From a virus (lineage: Duplodnaviria > Caudoviricetes): a stretch of DNA of 64,000 nt. The position numbers were made by a program, and so were the translations under genes. Below the pieces are notes generated by a model. It was not told the DNA's origin, did not search any database, and saw nothing but the letters and a program-made list of their open reading frames with translations. Positions 52,310-60,070 of this stretch are shown here, piece by piece; the stretch's first letter is position 1; every line of letters begins with the position of its first letter. The DNA lies in IMG/VR virus record IMGVR_UViG_3300028048_001169, positions 161,071 through 225,070 of that record; one strand, written 5' to 3'.

Positions 52310-52912
52310 ATGGGCTATAAGAAATTTCGTCCAGCAAGAGGAACAAAATATGAATGGGAAACGATCAATCCTGTCTTAGTAGAAGGTGAATGGGTTGTTG
52401 AAGTTCCAGATTCAGGTGTTGGTACTGGACTTAGTAAGTTTAAGATTGGTGATGGAACTAACAAATATGTTGATCTTCCATATGCATTTGATGGTACTGC
52501 TGCTGCAAGTTTTAATGGTGGTAATGCTGTTAATTATAACTTACTTCAGTTACGTGGTACTAGTGCTGCTAACTGGAGACAGGTTAATCCAGTTTTAGCA
52601 CAAAATGAAATTGGTTACGACGAAACCAATAGATCGTTTAAGATCGGTGATGGTAGCACTCGTTGGAATGATTTATTTTATATCAAAGCAGATTCTTTTG
52701 TAGTAGAAGATTATGATTTTGGTGATATGGACGAGGAAGCCATTGAAGCAACAGAGGAAGATGTATTAGATAATTCTGGATATCCAGATAATATTTTGGA
52801 TAATAATACTTCTAGCGATACTCCATCTAATAATAATAACTCTTCCTCTGAGGGTAATAATACATCATCTACTCCTGAGAGTAATGATAATACCTCTACT
52901 GAGGGTAACTAA
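52310..52912 (+). CDS. Tandem Mtd_N/hyaluronidase-N-like domain protein
   Basis: Two copies of RGT..W...NPVL..GE......FKIGDG....DL.Y, plus YDFGDMD. Confidence 0.78.
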   Translation: MGYKKFRPARGTKYEWETINPVLVEGEWVVEVPDSGVGTGLSKFKIGDGTNKYVDLPYAFDGTAAASFNGGNAVNYNLLQLRGTSAANWRQVNPVLAQNEIGYDETNRSFKIGDGSTRWNDLFYIKADSFVVEDYDFGDMDEEAIEATEEDVLDNSGYPDNILDNNTSSDTPSNNNNSSSEGNNTSSTPESNDNTSTEGN

Positions 52913-53170
52913 TTTCGTATGATTACGATACCATAAAATTCGTATGAGACGAAATTAGAAAACACTTGTGTAATTCTAAGAATATAATAAAACCCTAGGA
53001 TAGCATTATCCTAGGGTATCTTTTATTTTTAAAATCAGAACAAATATATAATGATTGTATAGATTGTGGTACTCAAGTACCGTCTCTTATTCTTTGTACA
53101 TCGGTAATAACGATCTATACAATATCTAATAAGAATAAAGAGATTATTCCAAATATAAAGGAGGACGTTT

Positions 53171-53569
53171 ATGTCAAAGATTTTTTGCCCTAAAAGAGCC
53201 AAATCTACAACTGTAGGTGTAGGAGGAGCAAAAGCAAATGTTGTTCTCGAACTTGGTGAGGCTTTATTTGTCGAGCCACCTGAGGGAGCAGGAAAAGGTA
53301 TCGGTGCAATCAAGATTGGTGATGGTTCTACTGCTGTTTCTAATCTTCCTATGTATATTGATGGTAATATCAGTAAAGTTGGTGTTACTGTTACAACCGA
53401 TACTTCTAGTACTGCTACTACAGCTGCTGGTAATGTTGTTACTGGTAAGACAGTTAGCTCTATTGTTGGAAGCTTAAAGCAGGCTGAAGCATTAAATGCT
53501 GCTAATATCGCTACAGCACAGAGTACAGTTAACAGTATCAAGACAAATTACCCAGGATGGGTTAGCTAA
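53171..53569 (+). CDS. Mtd_N-like domain protein without a receptor-binding domain
   Basis: VVLELGE...IKIGDGSTAVSNLPMY; late motif at 53040-53051. Confidence 0.72.
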   Translation: MSKIFCPKRAKSTTVGVGGAKANVVLELGEALFVEPPEGAGKGIGAIKIGDGSTAVSNLPMYIDGNISKVGVTVTTDTSSTATTAAGNVVTGKTVSSIVGSLKQAEALNAANIATAQSTVNSIKTNYPGWVS

Positions 53570-53590
53570 TATCAAGAGGAGGATGATATT

Positions 53591-54094
53591 ATGTCAAAGA
53601 TTTTTAAACCAAGAAGAGTTAAGTATTCATCTATAGCAGAAGGTGGATCTAAAGCTAATGTTGTATTAGCAAACGGTGAAACTGTATTTGTAATGCCAGA
53701 TACTGGAGCAGGTACAGGACTCGGTTCCATTATCATGGGTGATGGTACGACTGCTATTTCCAATCTTCCATATATGATTAACGGTAAGATATCAGAAAAT
53801 AAAATTGAAGTAGTAACCAACAGTAAAACTACCGCTAATGCAGCTTTAACTGATGTCATTAGTGAAAATACTTTAGGAACCGTTATAGGTGCCTTAAAGC
53901 AGGCATCTTCTCTGAATGCTTCCGCTGCTACAAATTTAAATAATGAAAGAAATACACTGCAGACCAAGTTGAATAGTGGACTCCAGCAGATTTATAATGC
54001 ATGTGTAGAAGCAGGGACAACTCCATCCAGCGCTTCTGTTAATGACATTAATGCTGCTTTGGAAGAAATATTTGGGGGGGGGGTACACGGCTGA
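53591..54094 (+). CDS. Receptor-binding protein 1, N-terminal Mtd_N/stalk part; frameshifted at G10
   Basis: Paralogous to the N-terminus of 55337..56590; terminates just after the G10 tract. Confidence 0.78.
   Translation: MSKIFKPRRVKYSSIAEGGSKANVVLANGETVFVMPDTGAGTGLGSIIMGDGTTAISNLPYMINGKISENKIEVVTNSKTTANAALTDVISENTLGTVIGALKQASSLNASAATNLNNERNTLQTKLNSGLQQIYNACVEAGTTPSSASVNDINAALEEIFGGGVHG
54074..54083 (+). repeat. Poly-G tract (G10) at a domain junction
   Basis: G9 or G12 would fuse EEIFGGG to YTAEQL in frame. Confidence 0.85.
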
Positions 54095-54815
54095 ACAGTT
54101 AAACACAAATAGTACTGGTACTAATAAATTACTGGCAACGTTCAATTCTTTATCAGATGCACAAGCATTTGTTGAAAAGTATATCAAGTCAAATGGTAAA
54201 TTTGATAAGAGTATACGTGTTGGTGATAAAATCCAGATCAATGATGGTACTTATAATAAAGAATGGATCATAGTAGGATTTAATACACAGAGCAGAGCTA
54301 CATCACAACCACATATTAGTTTAATTCCAACATATTCATTGGGTGATTATAAAATGAATAGCAGTGATACTAATAGTGGTGGATATGCTGGTTCAGCAGC
54401 ATTTACGACGTGTAATAGTATGGCGAATAACTTAGCAAGAGTATTAGGAGATTACTTATTAACTAGAAACGAATTACTTGGTAATTCTGGTTATTCATCA
54501 TACACAACAGCATCAAAATCAGTTAGAGTAAATCTGTTGAATGAAATTCAAGTATTCGGTAGTAGAACTTATTCTGTAGCTAGTGAAGATGGATACGACA
54601 CTACACAGTTACCTGGATTCAGATTAAATAAAGTATCTAAAACTATTACCTCGAACAATAATTGGTGGTGGCTGCGCTCTGCTGGTAGTGGCTACAGCCG
54701 CGACTTCTGCTATATCTACAACGGCAGTCCCTCCCACACCAGCGCCAACTACAACACCTTTGCTTTTCGCCCGCTTATTACGATTGGACGTCCTGAGAAC
54801 GGGGGGGTCCAGTAA
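54084..54815 (+). CDS. Receptor-binding protein 1, DUF6273-like (C-type lectin fold) domain, DGR-target-like
   Basis: WIIVGFN, NSGGYAGS and WWWLRSA...FRPLITIG; no RBS of its own. Confidence 0.75.
   Translation, partial: YTAEQLNTNSTGTNKLLATFNSLSDAQAFVEKYIKSNGKFDKSIRVGDKIQINDGTYNKEWIIVGFNTQSRATSQPHISLIPTYSLGDYKMNSSDTNSGGYAGSAAFTTCNSMANNLARVLGDYLLTRNELLGNSGYSSYTTASKSVRVNLLNEIQVFGSRTYSVASEDGYDTTQLPGFRLNKVSKTITSNNNWWWLRSAGSGYSRDFCYIYNGSPSHTSANYNTFAFRPLITIGRPENGGVQ
54663..54776 (+). other. DGR-like variable region VR1
   Basis: Of the 29 codons from after WLRSA up to the Arg of RP, 22 end in C and all end in a pyrimidine, unlike the rest of the genome. Confidence 0.65.
54801..54807 (+). repeat. 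Poly-G tract (G7) at a domain junction
   Basis: G8 would read ENGGGPVTQQFTFDALTGQ into the downstream domain. Confidence 0.85.
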
Positions 54816-55237
54816 CTCAGCAGTTCACGTTTGATGCATTGACTGGTCAAACTTCTAGTAAATTAACACGTTCACTTGATGTTTCATTAGCTGGTTATAC
54901 TCCTGTATCAGTGCAAGATGTAGAGTTTACTCCTGCAACTTCAGCATATTGCCATCCCACTGGTCCTTCTGAGAGAGTTGAAGATGCTTATGGCAATGAT
55001 GTTACAATATATGACACTGTTGGTGATCTAAATTCAGAGGAGTCTGCTTCTAGTATAAGTTTATCTAGTAATACGATTACTTATACATCACAAGGAGCTA
55101 AGCATAATACAGCACATTATGCAACATGGCATTATGGTCATAATAATCCCGGTAATACTTTTGGTTATAGTATATCTGACGATACTTATAACTATGGTAA
55201 ACGTGTTGTTTCAGTTACTTATCGTAAGAATTCATAA
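54808..55237 (+). CDS. Receptor-binding protein 1, C-terminal extension domain (in frame only with G8)
   Basis: Paralogous to 56557..57083 with conserved ends and a divergent middle; no RBS. Confidence 0.65.
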
Positions 55238-55279
55238 ATTCTATTGTTGTTTATATATCGTTTATATAGTAGTCTATTT
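55184..55279 (+). repeat. Direct repeat with about 57030..57125 (cassette duplication)
   Basis: Identical TYNYGKRVVSVTYRKNS coding end plus downstream sequence in both cassettes. Confidence 0.8.
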
Positions 55280-55336
55280 AGTCTATATATTCTCTATTTA
55301 GACTACTATTATCATTTTAAAAGAAAGGAAATCTTT

Positions 55337-56590
55337 ATGGCTAAGATTTTTAAACCAAGAAGAGTAAAAGCTTCTTCTATCGCACAAGGTGGCTCTAAAG
55401 CTAATGTTGTATTAGCAAATGGAGAAGTGGTTTTTGTAATGCCTTCTACTGGATCTGGTACTGGTATCGGTGGAATTATTATGGGAGATGGTAGAACAGC
55501 TATCTCTAATCTTCCATATATGATTAACGGTAATGTATCCGATGGTAAAGTTACTGTTACTACTGATATTAGTAATAATCCTATTAGTAATGTCGTATCA
55601 AATAAGACATTAGGAGATATTACAGGATCATTGAAGGCTAGTAGTATTAAGAATGCTACAACAATTAGTAATATTGATGTAACTTCATTAAGCAATGGCT
55701 TTAATGGTATTAATAGCATTGTAAATAAATTATCCGGATATGGTGCAACACCAGTGAATAATAGTCCTAGTGCTATATGTGATGCTATATTAACAGGTGC
55801 TGTTAAATGGGTAAGTGCAGATGTACTTAATAATGATTATACTAATGCTTATAATGATGATGGTAGGCTAATTGCAACATTTAGCAGTGTCAACGATACA
55901 AGAAATTTCATCAAATCCAACGTATCAACAAAAGGATTCAATGAAAAAGTTAAACCTGGTGATAAGATCCAAATCAATGATGGTACATATAATAAAGAAT
56001 GGATTATTGTAGGATTTAATACACAGAACAGAGCTACATCGCAGCCACATATTAGTTTAATTCCAACAGATTCGTTAGGTGATTTTGTAATGAATAGCAC
56101 TGCTACTAATAGTGGTGGATATGTTGGTTCAGAAGCATTTGCAATATGTAATAATATAGCTAATAACTTAGCAAGAGTATTAGGAGATTATCTGTTAACC
56201 AGGAATGAATTACTTGGTAATTCTGGATATCCATCATACACAACAACATCAAAATCAGTTAGAGTAAATCTGCTAAATGAAATGCAAATACGTGGTAGAA
56301 GAGAATACTCTGTAGATAGTGAAGATGGATACGATACCACACAATTGCCTGGTTTTATAATAAATTATAGATATAGACGTCCTTACGATCGCATTCTTTG
56401 TTGGCTGCGCTCTGCTTCGAAAGACAGCAACGACTCCTTCTGCATTGGCTACGACTATACTCTGTTATCCGTCAACGAAGCCAACAAAATCAAAAACATC
56501 GACACCTACGAAATTGGTTTTTGCCCGCTTATTACAATTGGTCTTCCGGGGGGGGGCAGCAGTAACAGCAACTCGACAGTTCACGTTTGA
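55337..56590 (+). CDS. Receptor-binding protein 2: Mtd_N + stalk + DUF6273-like domain
   Basis: Start at ATG 55337 after AAAGGA; long near-identity to RBP1; CWLRSA...FCPLITIG. Confidence 0.8.
   Translation: MAKIFKPRRVKASSIAQGGSKANVVLANGEVVFVMPSTGSGTGIGGIIMGDGRTAISNLPYMINGNVSDGKVTVTTDISNNPISNVVSNKTLGDITGSLKASSIKNATTISNIDVTSLSNGFNGINSIVNKLSGYGATPVNNSPSAICDAILTGAVKWVSADVLNNDYTNAYNDDGRLIATFSSVNDTRNFIKSNVSTKGFNEKVKPGDKIQINDGTYNKEWIIVGFNTQNRATSQPHISLIPTDSLGDFVMNSTATNSGGYVGSEAFAICNNIANNLARVLGDYLLTRNELLGNSGYPSYTTTSKSVRVNLLNEMQIRGRREYSVDSEDGYDTTQLPGFIINYRYRRPYDRILCWLRSASKDSNDSFCIGYDYTLLSVNEANKIKNIDTYEIGFCPLITIGLPGGGSSNSNSTVHV
56402..56530 (+). other. DGR-like variable region VR2
   Basis: Shares the anchors TGGCTGCGCTCTGCT, TTCTGC, GCCAAC and GCCCGCTT with VR1; 22 of 36 intervening codons are NNC. 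Confidence 0.6.
56548..56556 (+). repeat. Poly-G tract (G9) at a domain junction
   Basis: G8 or G11 would read LPGG(G)AAVTATRQFTFDELTGQ into the downstream domain. Confidence 0.85.
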
Positions 56591-57083
56591 TGAATTGACT
56601 GGTCAAACTTCTAGTAATTTAACACGTTCACTTGATGTTTCATTCGCTGGTTATACTCCTGTATCTGTAGAAGATGTAGAGTTTACCCCTGCAACTGCAA
56701 GTTATTATACCCCAAACTACAACAACGACGGCTACACCCATGAATACAGTAGGTATAGATATACATGTATACCAGTAGAATATCCTAATAGAGGCGATTA
56801 TTCTTATAATCATTGTTTTGAAGGATACGTTATAATTGATCATAGCATCTCTACTGAGAATGCTCGTAATCTGATTATATCTGGTAATACGATTACTTAT
56901 GAAACAGATGGAGCTGCACATAATACAGAAAGAATGTCAGGAGATTGTTATCCAGTTATTGATGTAGATGGATATAGTAATGTATCTGTTGACGCTAGAG
57001 CTACAAATCGTCATATTATATCTGGTTCTACTTATAACTATGGTAAACGTGTTGTTTCAGTTACTTATCGTAAGAATTCATAA
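56557..57083 (+). CDS. Receptor-binding protein 2, C-terminal extension domain (in frame only with G8/G11)
   Basis: Paralog of 54808..55237. Confidence 0.65.
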
Positions 57084-57320
57084 ATTCTATTGTTGTTTAT
57101 ATATCGTTTATATAGTAGTCTATTTGGTAGTATATCTTCTATTTAGACTACTATATATTATTTTTAAAAGAAATAGCAAAAACTTTAGGTATTTTTATAA
57201 ATTATATAAAATAAAACCTTGGAAATAAAAATATCAGATAGTCGCTGAATGTCGACTATCTGCTATTTAATCTTCTAAATAATTATACTAAATTGTGAGT
57301 CTGTATTGCACACTACTCAT

Positions 57321-57551
57321 TTAAACTATATAATCGACTAATAAGTCCTTAATTTGATTAATCCGACCTTCATCTTCTGTATGAATGATCAATTCCAATG
57401 GTTCTGCTAAATTTAAAGAAAAAATTCCTAAAATAGACTTTGCATTGACAATATATCTACCACCCTTAATGTCTATATCTTCCTCAATATTGTCAACGAT
57501 TTTTGTAAACTTATTAACTTTATTTACACTATTTAATAACACATATGTCAT
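57321..57551 (-). CDS. HPr-family phosphocarrier-like protein lacking His15
   Basis: VNAKSILGIFSL (Ser46 motif), no GLHARP; AAGGAGG RBS; late motif at 57581-57592 (-). Confidence 0.82.
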   Translation of the reverse strand: MTYVLLNSVNKVNKFTKIVDNIEEDIDIKGGRYIVNAKSILGIFSLNLAEPLELIIHTEDEGRINQIKDLLVDYIV

Positions 57552-57682
57552 ATATTTTGCCTCCTTTTAACTAAAATCTATTATAATAATGTGAAGTCTT
57601 ATTGTTTTCACAATTTAGTAATAGTATGTTTGTTTTAACAAGTTTATAATATGAATTTACAGTTAAGGAGGTTATATATCAT

Positions 57683-58489
57683 ATGACAGAAATGGAACTG
57701 AGAAAGAAATATGTATCAACTATTAAGTCTTGGCATGGACGTAAAGAGTCCAATGGTACACATAAGCCAATTATTGATATCTATAATAACGATAAACCAT
57801 TACCAAGATCTTATAAAGTAAAGTATACTGATTCTTGGTGTGCAACAACGGTATCAGCAGCTGCTATTAAGGCAGAGAAGGAAACTGGTATTAAGTTTAC
57901 ATCAATTATTCCTAAGGAATGCTCTTGTAATTATCAGATTCACTTATTCCAGAAATTAGGACGTTGGGAAGAAAGAGATTCCTATGTACCTCAGATTGGT
58001 GATATTATCTATTATGACTGGAATGATAACGGTGTAGGTGATGATAAAGGATCATCTGAACACGTTGGTGTTGTAATCGAGGTTACATCTACTCATATTA
58101 AAGTAGAAGAAGGTAACAAGTCTGATGCTGTTGGTACTAGAACCATTGCGATTAATGGTCGATATATTCGAGGATTTGGTAAGCCAAATTATAAGAGTCT
58201 TGCTACTTCTAGTAAAAAGAAAGATGATTCTAAGGATAAAAAGAAATCAGATCCTAAGAAGAAAGAAATTACAAAGAAGACTCCTAAGAAGGGTGATAAG
58301 ATTGTCTTAAAGAATGCGTCTCTTTATAAGGCATCTACCTCTACAAAGGCGTCTGATCATATTACTGGAACTTATTATTTCTGGGACGCTAAAAACTACA
58401 ATGGTAAAACCCGCATAACAACATCTCCTAAATATGTGGGTAATACAAAGCAGATTACTGGCTGGATTTCAGCTGTTCATTTAAAGTAG
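57683..58489 (+). CDS. CHAP-domain endolysin/peptidoglycan hydrolase with C-terminal SH3-like domain
   Basis: WCATTVS (Cys), GDIIYYDW, HVGVV (His) and EEGN; Lys-rich linker; late motifs at 57610-57621 and 57638-57649. Confidence 0.85.
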   Translation: MTEMELRKKYVSTIKSWHGRKESNGTHKPIIDIYNNDKPLPRSYKVKYTDSWCATTVSAAAIKAEKETGIKFTSIIPKECSCNYQIHLFQKLGRWEERDSYVPQIGDIIYYDWNDNGVGDDKGSSEHVGVVIEVTSTHIKVEEGNKSDAVGTRTIAINGRYIRGFGKPNYKSLATSSKKKDDSKDKKKSDPKKKEITKKTPKKGDKIVLKNASLYKASTSTKASDHITGTYYFWDAKNYNGKTRITTSPKYVGNTKQITGWISAVHLK

Positions 58490-58539
58490 TTGATAGTACC
58501 CAACCATCTAAGCCATTTTTTATTCCTATAAAAGAAAAG

Positions 58540-58565
58540 CCCAGTAGGATGTTATTCCTACTGGG
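58540..58565. terminator. Terminator-like hairpin (CCCAGTAG family)
   Basis: CCCAGTAGGA/TCCTACTGGG stem. Confidence 0.65.
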
Positions 58566-58592
58566 TGAATAATTGTTATTAGACTATTTTTT

Positions 58593-58606
58593 AGTCATAT
58601 ATTATA
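58593..58606 (+). promoter_or_regulatory. Early-type promoter AGTCATATATTATA
   Basis: Exact motif copy. Confidence 0.72.
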
Positions 58607-58696
58607 TAGGGGTAAACATATAGTTGAAAGGATGTGATTTTATGTTTGTAATTAGATAATATGTTTATTTGAAACTGATGATGATTATATTTAGAA

Positions 58697-60010
58697 ATGA
58701 GGATTAAAATGGCAACAAGATTATCAGACGACGAAAAGATTGAAGCATTAAAAAGAATCTCAAGTGGCGAAAGTGCTACATCTGTAGCAAATGACATCGG
58801 AGTATCTGTACAAACTGTTTGTAACTGGAAAAAGAAGGCTAGTAACGATACTACTGCCAATGCATTGTCTAGCCGATATAAGTCATTCTTAAATGGTTAC
58901 ATGGATGGAGATAATGGGAAAATTACCGATGATGCTGCTGCAATTGAGCCAACAACAATCGAAATTGAATCAGCACCGGCATCTAATGCAAAAGTGGACA
59001 ATCACCAGATTACATTAGATGAATATGTAGACGGTAAAGCTATTAAGTCTGATTCGAAGGTTGAAACTCCAAAGGAAAATATTGATAATACTACAAAGAA
59101 GGGTAAGAGAGTAGTTTCACTACAATTTCATCCTTCTACTGAAAAGGAGAACAGAATGGGACAAGTAAACAGAATGGTGAATGGTTCATTTAAGCCACGA
59201 ATGCAACCTTCTGATGAAAAAGAGAATAATATAGTGGAAGAAAAACAGAATGATGAGAAGAAGGTAGATATTCCTGAATACTTAGAGATTACAACAAACA
59301 TTTGTAAAGCAGGTATGTTCAAAGATCGTCACGATATGCCTGTAACTCTCTATGTATTTAGAGAAGCATTTACTTCTTATATGCTTTTTAGTTTCAAGAA
59401 GCAGGAGGAAATTGTTAATCGATTCATTGACAATTATGTATGGGACAAAGCGAATAATCGCTATAAAAAGTTCTGCGTTTATGTGTCTGGATTGACTATA
59501 GCTTGCGCTACAATTATTAAGGTATGTGCAGAGCGTAAGATATCTTTATCATTAATGCATTACAATACAGATAAAGATAGCTATGTTGAGCAGGTTATTT
59601 TTGATAATGGAGATGATGGAGCTCTTCCACATTCTAAGTGGTTTAATTTCTTAAACAACTATGAGGGAGAACATAAAGCATTATATCAGACAACCTATGA
59701 TATGCTGGCTGAAGCTAATACATTGTATCAGGTTGTTGTTGTCAATGAAGGATCTGGCTATGATAAGAATTATCGTCAAACCTGGATGTATGTTACATCA
59801 TCTATGACAGCTGCTTGGCATTTGTATGCTGAGAAGGTATCTAAGATTATGAATACGAAGAAGCAGATTCAGAAAGTATTCATGAATCAGCTGGACTATA
59901 ATCCAATAACAAAGTATATTGATAAGTCCAATTTATCTCAGTCATATAATTCTCCAAATCCTAATAGTGGAAATAACTTCAAGAAGAAGAATGATTATGA
60001 TGAGGATTAA
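58697..60010 (+). CDS. HTH-domain protein with a central Rossmann-like domain
   Basis: N-terminal HTH (ESATSVANDIGVSVQTVCNW); central RHDMP...VYVSGLT...LMHYN segment. Confidence 0.65.
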   Translation: MRIKMATRLSDDEKIEALKRISSGESATSVANDIGVSVQTVCNWKKKASNDTTANALSSRYKSFLNGYMDGDNGKITDDAAAIEPTTIEIESAPASNAKVDNHQITLDEYVDGKAIKSDSKVETPKENIDNTTKKGKRVVSLQFHPSTEKENRMGQVNRMVNGSFKPRMQPSDEKENNIVEEKQNDEKKVDIPEYLEITTNICKAGMFKDRHDMPVTLYVFREAFTSYMLFSFKKQEEIVNRFIDNYVWDKANNRYKKFCVYVSGLTIACATIIKVCAERKISLSLMHYNTDKDSYVEQVIFDNGDDGALPHSKWFNFLNNYEGEHKALYQTTYDMLAEANTLYQVVVVNEGSGYDKNYRQTWMYVTSSMTAAWHLYAEKVSKIMNTKKQIQKVFMNQLDYNPITKYIDKSNLSQSYNSPNPNSGNNFKKKNDYDED

Positions 60011-60070
60011 CGAGGATTAATTAAACAAATGGGGAAGGTAGGTGATATAAATTCACCTACCTTTCTTTTT

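Noticed and set aside
55244-55336. 31-aa N-terminal extension of RBP2 given in the ORF track
   Set aside because: Paralogs start at M(S/A)KIF and an RBS precedes ATG 55337; the upstream sequence is duplicated non-coding DNA.
54074-56556. Programmed ribosomal frameshift as the sole explanation of the poly-G junctions
   Set aside because: The paralogous sites need shifts in opposite directions and no stimulatory structure is evident; DNA slippage or sequencing error fits better.
52310-57300. Complete DGR cassette (RT, Avd, TR) in the window
   Set aside because: No ORF has reverse-transcriptase motifs (YxDD in RT context), and no non-coding AAC-rich copy of either VR was found.
58697-60010. 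IS element or transposase
   Set aside because: Only the HTH resembles IS3/IS630 N-termini; there is no DDE domain and no terminal inverted repeats.
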